From an uncultured Myxococcales bacterium (GTDB lineage: Bacteria; Myxococcota; UBA4151): 10,520 nucleotides of DNA. A model generated the notes under the pieces. That model saw nothing but the letters and a program-made list of their open reading frames with translations, had not been told where the DNA came from and did not search any database. Location: assembly GCA_964013405.1 (NCBI GenBank), contig CAXGWI010000127.1, positions 1 through 10,520 of the forward strand. Reading direction: 5' to 3'. Numbering within the stretch: position 1 is the first letter of the stretch; every line of letters begins with the position of its first letter. The translations under genes and the position numbers were made by a program. This document shows positions 1-6,895 of the stretch, in pieces.

Positions 1-1
1 C

Positions 2-448
2 CCCAAACTTTGCCAGCTGGATTCGAATGCGAGCTCGAAAAAAGAGGTCATTCGAGCCATTGCGAATCGCTTCGTTGAAACCCATGGCGGGAGTCGGGCC
101 GAGCTCGAAGAAGCCTTTTGGTATCGAGAGCGTCAGCAGACGACCTATTTGGGTGGCGGTATTGGTCTGCCCTGGGCCAGCGCTTCTGGGATGGAGGAGA
201 CTCGCTTAGGGGTCATGCGGCTTGAGACCCCCTTGAGGGTGCCGGATCAAAAGGATGAGATGGCCGATTTGTTCCTATTCACGGTGGGGCCGGCACCGGA
301 CCACCATGTCCATGAGGCCCTGATCGAGGCCTTGCGCTTAGAGATCAATGAAACCGACTTGGCGGCGCGATTGCGAAAGGCTGAGGATGTGGGTGAGGTT
401 CGTCGGATCCTTGAGGAGTGCGCCCAGCTGATCGGGCAACGTGCCTGA
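2..448 (+). CDS. PTS EIIA type-2 (mannitol/fructose/Ntr-like) domain protein, 5'-truncated; phospho-His replaced by Trp; possibly the C-terminal domain of a larger protein
   Basis: The frame of the listed 149..448 ORF is open back to base 2: PKLCQLDSNASSKKEVIRAIANRFVETHGGSRAELEEAFWYRERQQTTYLGGGIGLPWAS...RLETPLRVPDQKDEMADLFLFTVGP...LAARLRKAEDVGEVRRIL. This matches the EIIA pattern 'SK.E.I.....RE...T..G.GIA.PH' and its C-terminal 'L..A....E...IL' helix. Confidence 0.8.
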   Translation, partial: PKLCQLDSNASSKKEVIRAIANRFVETHGGSRAELEEAFWYRERQQTTYLGGGIGLPWASASGMEETRLGVMRLETPLRVPDQKDEMADLFLFTVGPAPDHHVHEALIEALRLEINETDLAARLRKAEDVGEVRRILEECAQLIGQRA

Positions 449-1262
449 ACTCCCGGAGGTTGAGACCTGCCGGGCCGCGTTGGCCCCGCTCTTAAGCCAG
501 GCCCGGGTGGGTGTCTTTCAACGCAGCGACAAAGACTTGCGCTTTCCCTGGCCGGCGCCCGAGGACCTCAAGCGGCTCGAGGGGCGGCGGATCGAGGGGG
601 TTCGACGGCGGGGAAAATACCTCATCATCTCCATGGGGGATCATCATCTCCTCGTTCACCTTGGCATGAGCGGGCAGGTATTTTTTGGTGCGAGCAGCGA
701 GCCTTGGCTGCCCCACGAGCACTGGCGCTTGCGGGTCGACGACCAGTTACTGCGCTATCGAGACCCCCGTCGGTTTGGATTTTTACAACTCTATATAGGC
801 CCCCGGCCCGAAGCCCACGAGCGGCTTGTTCACCTCGGGCCAGAACCCCTCTGCCAAGACAGCTTCAACACAAGCTATCTTCACTCGGTCTGTAGGGGCT
901 CTAAACGCCCGATCAAATCCTTGATTATGGACGGGACCGTGGTGGTGGGCGTGGGGAACATCTATGCCAGTGAAGCCTTGTATCGGGCCGGCATCCAGCC
1001 CTTTAGGAGAGCCGGCGCGATTGCGACCCATCGGCTCGATGGCCTTGTCGTGGGGATTCGAGCGGTCTTGGAAGCGGCGATCGCCGCGGGGGGCACGACC
1101 CTCAAAGACTTCCAGAATGTGGAGGGCAACCCAGGGTACTTTCGCCGAGAGCTCGCGGTGTACGGCCGCGCCGGCGCCCCCTGTCGGCGCTGCCCAGGGA
1201 CCATTCGCCAACGAACCCTGAGCAGCCGGGCAACTTATTGGTGCCCGAACTGCCAGCGCTGA
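441..1262 (+). CDS. mutM: Formamidopyrimidine-DNA glycosylase / AP lyase (Fpg)
   Basis: N-terminal catalytic PELPEVE, RRGKYL, HLGMSG, DPRRFG, LGPEP, H2TH motif GVGNIYASE and C-terminal zinc finger CRRC...CPNCQ. The GTG start overlaps the upstream ORF by 8 bp (GTGCCTGA). Confidence 0.97.
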   Translation: MPELPEVETCRAALAPLLSQARVGVFQRSDKDLRFPWPAPEDLKRLEGRRIEGVRRRGKYLIISMGDHHLLVHLGMSGQVFFGASSEPWLPHEHWRLRVDDQLLRYRDPRRFGFLQLYIGPRPEAHERLVHLGPEPLCQDSFNTSYLHSVCRGSKRPIKSLIMDGTVVVGVGNIYASEALYRAGIQPFRRAGAIATHRLDGLVVGIRAVLEAAIAAGGTTLKDFQNVEGNPGYFRRELAVYGRAGAPCRRCPGTIRQRTLSSRATYWCPNCQR

Positions 1263-1273
1263 GCCCGGCTCAG
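1259..1273. repeat. Perfect 15-bp palindrome CTGAGCC-C-GGCTCAG containing both convergent stop codons
   Basis: Read directly. The mutM TGA (1260-1262) and the minus-strand TGA (1272-1270) are symmetric parts of the two arms. No U-tract on either side. Confidence 0.75.
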
Positions 1274-1362
1274 GCCGTCCGGCGCCGCCGCAAGCCAAAC
1301 ATCGCGAGGAAGCACAGCAAGCCAAGGGCTGAGCCCGCATCCAATTGGTCGCAGGCACAACC
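1270..1362 (-). other. MYXO-CTERM-like C-terminal sorting signal (GCACDQLDAGSALGLLCFLAMFGLRRRRTA)
   Basis: G-C-x-C motif, short spacer, transmembrane segment and Arg cluster at the extreme C-terminus, preceded by Pro-rich DAG linkers. Confidence 0.85.
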
Positions 1363-4300
1363 GGCACCCGGTGCCGTGGGCGGAGCCAAGGGTCCGGCAT
1401 CGGGGGCATCGCCGCGAATACAAATACGGACCGCTGGGCGGATCTCGGCGCAGGTCAACTGATAGCCACTGGGGCAATCAGCCACCGTGTTACATTCTTG
1501 GGTGCAATAGGGCTCGGAGTCATCGGTATTGCAAATCAGCCCACCACCACAGTCGAGATCATTCTGACACTCGCCCGCCGGACCCGCATCCACTGGGCCC
1601 GGTCCCGCATCGGGCCGAATCGGGCCGAGGTCTGTCCAGGCTCGGAGTTTGTATTCCGGGACGGTTTGACCGTCGGCGCTGCGAACGACGATGGCGTAGG
1701 TGCCTTCCTGCAGCGGTAGCGTGGTCCCATTGCCGTTGGCGCCATCGAGGGCGATGTCGAGCAGGTTGACTGGACCCGCATCCCCCGTCGGTTCATTGTC
1801 GATGACTTGCACATCGAGAGCGCCAGCCAGGCCGAGGAGCCCCACATTCAGCACATCTTCACGGACGAGGGTGAACTTGACGAAGTCGACGTCGTCCGGG
1901 TGGTGAATATTGTGAACCTGCGCATGGTTGGCATCGAAGTTGTCGGCGATAAAGCTCCCTGTGGCCCAGTCATTGTCCTCTTCATAGACGTCTGGCTCAA
2001 GCCCGACCAGGCCGTGCCCGGCCCGCAGGAGGAGGGTGATGCAGTTGTTATCCTCATCGGTTTCATCCACCTGATCGCCCGCATCGGCGCAGAGGGTAAT
2101 CACCTGATCATTGCTGGTGGCCTGGAGGACGTTCCCGGGGGATGTGCAGGTGGCTGAGCGATGGAAGCGGCTATCCAGTGCGCGCACGTTGCAGGTGCTA
2201 AAGATCTCCCCATCGGCTCGCATTTCTAAGCTGGTCGCATCCACCTGGGCATCGCCGGTGTACATGACCTGAACCCGGAGCGTGACGAAGTCATCGGTCT
2301 GGGGAAGATCTGGTGAGATTCGTGGCGCCCGTAGCCAAAGGTCATTCTGGTCTGGAATGGGGTTACCCACCTCGAATTCCATCTCGGCACAGTTGTCTTC
2401 CTCATCGGTTTCCTCGACCGCGTTGTCTGGATCCACACAGGCCCGCAGGCGGTGGGACCCTTCTTCGGCGATGGGTGTCATCTCGACACTGTTACAGTAG
2501 TGGCTCCGCCCGGGCGTGAGGGCAGGCACATCACAGGCGCTGTCTTCCACATCGTTGACACTGAGTTGGATGGTGGTCGGCGTCGAGTTGATGTTGCCCT
2601 GGTTCACCACTGCAATGCGGGTGGAGAACTCGGCATCGGGCTCGGGCCGCTCGGGCGAGACCGATAGGTTCTGCAACAGGTAGTTATGTTGGACGCCGCC
2701 CTCGAGGACTTCGGTCTCGAGGCTGATGGTATAGGCCACGGCCCGTTGTTCATCCCGACTAAAGAAGCGGACATAGAAGACACCCGCATCCACCGGGCCA
2801 TAGACGATTTCTGCATCGCCTCGGGAGGTGGAGGCCGCGATTTCTTGACCTCCCTCGCTCATCAATTCGGCATCGACGTCGACACCGACGCCACCGGCCG
2901 TGATGGTCATCGTCCCCGCATCGGCCAGGTTGATCACCACCCAGTCGCTGTCATCGGGCCGGTGGAAGCTGTGGACCTGGTCTTCGTCGGCAATCAGCTC
3001 CGTGGCGTTCTCCGCATCGTTGTCAGGTTCGTATTCGTCGCCACCCCAGACCATGCGCTCGAGGCTGCTGCAGTTGTCGTTCTCGTCCCGTTCATCGACG
3101 AGCCCATCGGGATCGACGCAGACCTGCAGCGCCCGTTCACCGGCGATCATCCCGCCGGGGACGGCCACTTCGCATTCGTGGCTCGCGCCGCTCTCCAACT
3201 CGGGCACCGCACATTCGCCCCGGGTTTCGTCGTCGATGGACAAGCGAGCGAGGCTTGCTTCGCTGACACCCGCATCATTGGCGTTGCTGACGGTGAAGGT
3301 CGTGGTGAAGGCTTCTCCAGCCTCTGGTTCGTTTGGCACGAGGGCAAAGCCGCCCACGGAGAGGTTGGGTGGCCGGTCGGCCAGGCGAATGGCACTCAAG
3401 CTTAAGCGGTAGCGTTCCGCCGCTGCACCCCGGGCCCGACTGACCCGAGCGTAATAGGTCCCCGGCTGGAGCTCGGTGATGATGCGGCTGAAGGGGGACA
3501 CACCGCCATTGTCATTTTGCGCCAACTGCTGGCCATCCGCGTCTTGAAGCACGAGGCGGGTGTCATAGGAGTCCCCCTCTTCAACGGGCAGCGTGGCGAT
3601 GGTGACCTCCGATGCCTCGTTGATGAAGAAGCGGACGAAATCTTGATCGTCGTTATTGTGAAGATTGTGGTCCTGAGATTCACCGGCGTTAATGATCGTG
3701 GCCGTTGCCCGGTCGTTGTCCGGTTCGTATTCATCGACATTCTCAATGGTGAATGTCACCTCAGAGCAGTTGTTGTCTTCGTCGATCTCCACCACCTCCT
3801 CGTTGCCATCGGCGCAGACGGCCACGGTGTGGTCACCCCCTTCAAAGCGGAGCCCATTGACCATGCATACACCCACAGCGTTGCCTGCGAGGGGAGTCAC
3901 CTGACAGTTACCCAGTACCTCTTCTCCCTCGGAAAGGGTCACGGTGGAGCCGGCAGCAGCATCGGTGGTGCCATTGAAGACGAGGACCACGAACTGGGTA
4001 TCTCGATCCCGAATCGGCTCTGCCGGATTGAGCAGGACGTTTTGCACCTGGAGGTCGGGGCCGTTGTAGATGGTCACATCGGTGCAGTTGTTTTCTTCGC
4101 TTCGTTCGTCGATCTCGTCGTCAATATCGGCGCAGAAGCGCACTTGGTGACGCCCAGCCGGCGGGGGATCTTGGTCTTCGAAACTGCATTCCGCAGCGCC
4201 GTCGGCGGCCAGTACTTCAACTTCGCATCGAGCGAGAAGTTGGTCATCCAAGTAGAGCCCGGCCTGGGTGACCGGTGTGTCCGGGTTGAAGCGATTGCGT

Positions 4301-6102
4301 ACGGTAGCCGTAGCGCTCCAGCGCACGTCTGCACCGGGATTTGGGGGGTCTAGGACCAAGTCGCGGACCACCATGTCGTAACCGAGCGCCAGGTTCCGTA
4401 CCGCACAGTTGTTCTCTTCGTTGAGCTCTTCCACTGCCTCTGCTGAATCGGCGCAGACTTGGATGTCCGAGCGACCATTCGGGAGCCCTTCGAGATCCTG
4501 CCAAGCGCAGTCGTGGGTTTCTCCCAGGCCGAGCTCTGGGACATCGCAGGTTCCGAGCACCTCATCCCCTCGGCGAAGGGACGCGGTGCTGGCGGCAGCG
4601 GCGTCGTTGTTGGTGTTGACGATGGTGGCGCTGGCACCCCAGACATCGCCCACATCGGGGGAGACTGGGTCCAGGGTGAGCCCCTGGGCTTGGAGGTCGG
4701 GCCCCAGGTTCACAGCCAAGGTTCGGCAGTTGTCGTTTTCATCGTTTTCGAGGACCGCATTGTCCGTATCGGCGCAGACCTCGATGGTATGAGCGCCGAT
4801 GTCCAAGCCAGCGAGCTCCGGCCAACTACAGCTGTGGTTCCGGCCGGGCTCTAGGGCGGGTACGGCACAATCTGCCTGGGCTTCATCGTTGATTCGAAGC
4901 TGGGCCACCAGCTCCGGGGCGTTGGCATTATGGTTGTTGCGTACGGCTGCCGTCAGACCCCAGGTCTGGCCCACCAGGGGTTGGGGATCCATCGTCACCT
5001 CCCCAAGGCCGATGGCGCCGGTGACCATCCGGAGGCTCAGGATGTAGCGCATCTGCGCGTTGTTCCCGAACTCCTCAGTTCGGATGAAGTAGGTGCCGGC
5101 GGCCACGTTGTTGCGGGTGAGGATCGGATGGCCGAAGCCAAAGCCCGCCTGGGTAATCAGTTGCTGGTTTTCGCCGAAGAGCTGGATTCGGCTGTCGCTA
5201 TCGTCGGCGACGACCGGGCGAGTTTGGATGACAAGGTTGGCTTGTCGGTCGAGGGTGAAACGGAAGTAGTCGATATCCTGACCGTTGTTGTGGGTGGTCA
5301 GGACCAAGTCGTCGCCATGGTTGATTTCCGCGGCCTCATCGAAGGTGTTGTTGGGCTCGTAGGCGTCGGGGTCGCCGGCAACGAGGGGTGGTGCGAGGAA
5401 CTCCGCACAATTATCATCCTCATTGAGCTCTCCCACCGCAAAGCCGGCGTCGGCGCAGACTCGGGCCAGGTGGTAGCCCGGAGGCAAGGGGGGCAGATTG
5501 CTCCAGCGGCAGGTGTGGCTCCCATTCCCTGCGAGGGGCGGGACGTTGCAGGGAGCTAGGTTATCACCGGCCACTTGGAGGCTGGCGCTGGTGCTATCCA
5601 CAGGTCCAGCGTTGGCATTGATGATGTCGATGGCCAGTCCCCAGGTTTGGCCGGGCTGGGGGGCCGGACCGAATTCCGGTGTCCCCACTCGCAACTCGCC
5701 CTCGATGAGATTTACTCGCAGGTTGTAGCTGATGTTCGCGTTGTTCCCGAACTCGTCGACCTTCAAATAGTAGGTTCCGGGCGCCATCGTGTCCCGCTGG
5801 ATTCGGCTGAACAGGCCAGCGCCGCCATCATCGTTGTACTCGATCTGAGCTTGGTTCTCGCCGTAGAGCCACAGCCGGGAATCCCCGGCCTGGCCAAAGG
5901 TCTCGATAACGACGGGGCCGGCCACTTCCACATCGAAGGTGTAGTAGTCGACGTCGGCACCATTACCATGGATCGTCGCCGCCAAGGGCTGGCCGGGCGT
6001 GATGGGTGAAGCGGTGTCGAAACTGTTGTTCGGCTCATGGGCGTCTTGGGCTTGGGCGAGACCGCCGAGCAAAAGGACCATCGCTGCAGAGAGCTTTTTC
6101 AT
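1270..6102 (-). CDS. Large secreted, surface-anchored multidomain protein (~1610 aa): signal peptide, 5 PPC-like and 8 CARDB-like domains, Cys-rich module, MYXO-CTERM-type sorting tail
   Basis: Signal peptide MKKLSAAMVLLLGGLAQA, with AGGAG 8 nt before the ATG at 6102 (preferred to the GTG at 6111, which lies inside the SD). Five D-x-[YH]-E-x-[ND]-N...D-x-D-[YFW]...G-[TV]-[YF] modules (PPC-like). Eight modules ending C-[AV]-D...E..E.[ND]-N-C (CARDB-like). C-terminus GCAC, hydrophobic helix, RRRR. Confidence 0.9.
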   Translation of the reverse strand: MKKLSAAMVLLLGGLAQAQDAHEPNNSFDTASPITPGQPLAATIHGNGADVDYYTFDVEVAGPVVIETFGQAGDSRLWLYGENQAQIEYNDDGGAGLFSRIQRDTMAPGTYYLKVDEFGNNANISYNLRVNLIEGELRVGTPEFGPAPQPGQTWGLAIDIINANAGPVDSTSASLQVAGDNLAPCNVPPLAGNGSHTCRWSNLPPLPPGYHLARVCADAGFAVGELNEDDNCAEFLAPPLVAGDPDAYEPNNTFDEAAEINHGDDLVLTTHNNGQDIDYFRFTLDRQANLVIQTRPVVADDSDSRIQLFGENQQLITQAGFGFGHPILTRNNVAAGTYFIRTEEFGNNAQMRYILSLRMVTGAIGLGEVTMDPQPLVGQTWGLTAAVRNNHNANAPELVAQLRINDEAQADCAVPALEPGRNHSCSWPELAGLDIGAHTIEVCADTDNAVLENDENDNCRTLAVNLGPDLQAQGLTLDPVSPDVGDVWGASATIVNTNNDAAAASTASLRRGDEVLGTCDVPELGLGETHDCAWQDLEGLPNGRSDIQVCADSAEAVEELNEENNCAVRNLALGYDMVVRDLVLDPPNPGADVRWSATATVRNRFNPDTPVTQAGLYLDDQLLARCEVEVLAADGAAECSFEDQDPPPAGRHQVRFCADIDDEIDERSEENNCTDVTIYNGPDLQVQNVLLNPAEPIRDRDTQFVVLVFNGTTDAAAGSTVTLSEGEEVLGNCQVTPLAGNAVGVCMVNGLRFEGGDHTVAVCADGNEEVVEIDEDNNCSEVTFTIENVDEYEPDNDRATATIINAGESQDHNLHNNDDQDFVRFFINEASEVTIATLPVEEGDSYDTRLVLQDADGQQLAQNDNGGVSPFSRIITELQPGTYYARVSRARGAAAERYRLSLSAIRLADRPPNLSVGGFALVPNEPEAGEAFTTTFTVSNANDAGVSEASLARLSIDDETRGECAVPELESGASHECEVAVPGGMIAGERALQVCVDPDGLVDERDENDNCSSLERMVWGGDEYEPDNDAENATELIADEDQVHSFHRPDDSDWVVINLADAGTMTITAGGVGVDVDAELMSEGGQEIAASTSRGDAEIVYGPVDAGVFYVRFFSRDEQRAVAYTISLETEVLEGGVQHNYLLQNLSVSPERPEPDAEFSTRIAVVNQGNINSTPTTIQLSVNDVEDSACDVPALTPGRSHYCNSVEMTPIAEEGSHRLRACVDPDNAVEETDEEDNCAEMEFEVGNPIPDQNDLWLRAPRISPDLPQTDDFVTLRVQVMYTGDAQVDATSLEMRADGEIFSTCNVRALDSRFHRSATCTSPGNVLQATSNDQVITLCADAGDQVDETDEDNNCITLLLRAGHGLVGLEPDVYEEDNDWATGSFIADNFDANHAQVHNIHHPDDVDFVKFTLVREDVLNVGLLGLAGALDVQVIDNEPTGDAGPVNLLDIALDGANGNGTTLPLQEGTYAIVVRSADGQTVPEYKLRAWTDLGPIRPDAGPGPVDAGPAGECQNDLDCGGGLICNTDDSEPYCTQECNTVADCPSGYQLTCAEIRPAVRICIRGDAPDAGPLAPPTAPGAGCACDQLDAGSALGLLCFLAMFGLRRRRTA

Positions 6103-6110
6103 GCTCATCA

Positions 6111-6127
6111 CTCCTGTTTAACAGGAG
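6111..6127. promoter_or_regulatory. Perfect 17-bp palindrome CTCCTGTT-T-AACAGGAG covering the Shine-Dalgarno of the giant gene (candidate operator or RBS-occluding hairpin)
   Basis: 8-bp arms with a 1-bp centre. On the minus-strand mRNA it reads CUCCUGUUAAACAGGAG, whose 3' AGGAG is the SD. The palindrome is certain; its function is inferred. Confidence 0.6.
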
Positions 6128-6130
6128 GGG

Positions 6131-6158
6131 ATTAAACCCACTTTGCCGGGCGGCGCAA
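6131..6158 (-). promoter_or_regulatory. Putative sigma70-type promoter for the giant gene (TTGCGC-N16-TTTAAT)
   Basis: Minus strand: -35 TTGCGC at 6158-6153, 16-nt spacer, -10 TTTAAT at 6136-6131 (5/6 match to TATAAT) in an AT-rich patch of a GC-rich sequence. Confidence 0.4.
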
Positions 6159-6160
6159 CG

Positions 6161-6177
6161 CACAAGCTAAGCTTGTG
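6161..6177. repeat. Perfect 17-bp palindrome CACAAGCT-A-AGCTTGTG overlapping the acyltransferase stop codon
   Basis: 8-bp arms with a 1-bp centre, read directly. It lies immediately upstream of the putative -35 box. Confidence 0.6.
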
Positions 6178-6895
6178 GTGGACTTTTAAGGCTCTGGGCG
6201 ACGCAATCTGCGGCCCGATCTTTGAGTTCGAGCCGGTCTCCTTTACCCAGACCCTGGGTCTGCAAAGGGGGCAGGAAGCGCAAAGTGACCTCACCACCTG
6301 CTCGCGGCAGCAGTTGGTTGGGTGGCCAGCAATCACTGGTTCCGATGACAGCGATCGGCTGGACCGGCACTTGGGCGGCGACCGCCAGCGCGAAGGCGCC
6401 CATACGCCAGGGCAGAGGCGGCGCGTCTGGTAAGGAGCGGGTCCCTTCCGGGAAGAAGAGTACCTTCGCGTTGGAGTTGCGCACCTGCTCCTCCGCCTGG
6501 AGCACCGCAGAGCGCCCAGAGCGTCGGCTGGAGCGGCGTACGAAGATGTGACCAACGCTCCACATACCGATACTGATGGGGACCAGGGCCATCAGCTCCA
6601 TCTTGGCGATAAAGCGTACATCGCCTCGAAGCGCACTTATCAGGACGAAGATATCCAGATTACTGCGGTGGTTGGCCACCACGATACATGGGCCTTCGGG
6701 GAGGCGGTCTCGATCCTCGATACGAAGCCGGACTCCAAAGAGCCAGACGGTGATCCTTGCCCAGACCCGTTGGATGGTCAGTTGGGAGCGGTTACCACGC
6801 CCGCCCAGTGGCAGTGCGAGGAGGCAGAGCATCGTGGCGAGGGCGCCACCGAAGAAAGCCCACAGCAGGGCGACAAACCCGCGCAGCCAAGCCAT
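6167..6895 (-). CDS. plsC: 1-acyl-sn-glycerol-3-phosphate (lysophospholipid) acyltransferase, PlsC family
   Basis: Catalytic NHRSNLD (NHx4D), FIAKMEL, GHIFVRR, FFPEGTRS, GAFALA, VPVQPI and an N-terminal hydrophobic helix. An in-frame TAG directly before the ATG means the start cannot lie further upstream. Confidence 0.92.
   Translation of the reverse strand: MAWLRGFVALLWAFFGGALATMLCLLALPLGGRGNRSQLTIQRVWARITVWLFGVRLRIEDRDRLPEGPCIVVANHRSNLDIFVLISALRGDVRFIAKMELMALVPISIGMWSVGHIFVRRSSRRSGRSAVLQAEEQVRNSNAKVLFFPEGTRSLPDAPPLPWRMGAFALAVAAQVPVQPIAVIGTSDCWPPNQLLPRAGGEVTLRFLPPLQTQGLGKGDRLELKDRAADCVAQSLKSPPQA

Noticed and set aside
1345..6009. Long + strand ORFs antisense to the giant gene (e.g. 2686..3405, 3517..4353, 4930..5559)
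   Set aside because: They are codon-aligned shadows of a GC-rich gene, rich in V/I/G/D/H, with no motifs. The minus-strand ORF explains the region fully.
1270..6102. Annotating the giant protein as a peptidase because of its PPC domains
   Set aside because: No catalytic motif was seen, and no unassigned segment is large enough to hold a protease domain.
6103..6111. ORF-finder start of the giant gene at 6111 (GTG) or 6108 (ATG)
   Set aside because: These overlap or sit too close to the AGGAG SD. The ATG at 6102 gives proper spacing and a typical MKK signal peptide.
1259..6177. Giant gene as a mobile element bounded by palindromes
   Set aside because: The flanking palindromes are unrelated in sequence, and I saw no transposase or integrase, terminal inverted repeats, target duplication or obvious compositional shift.
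6118..6555. Alternative-frame ORFs overlapping plsC (6118..6555 -, 6143..6433 +, 6222..6551 +)
   Set aside because: They overlap a well-supported gene and have Arg/Ser/Pro-rich off-frame or antisense composition without motifs.
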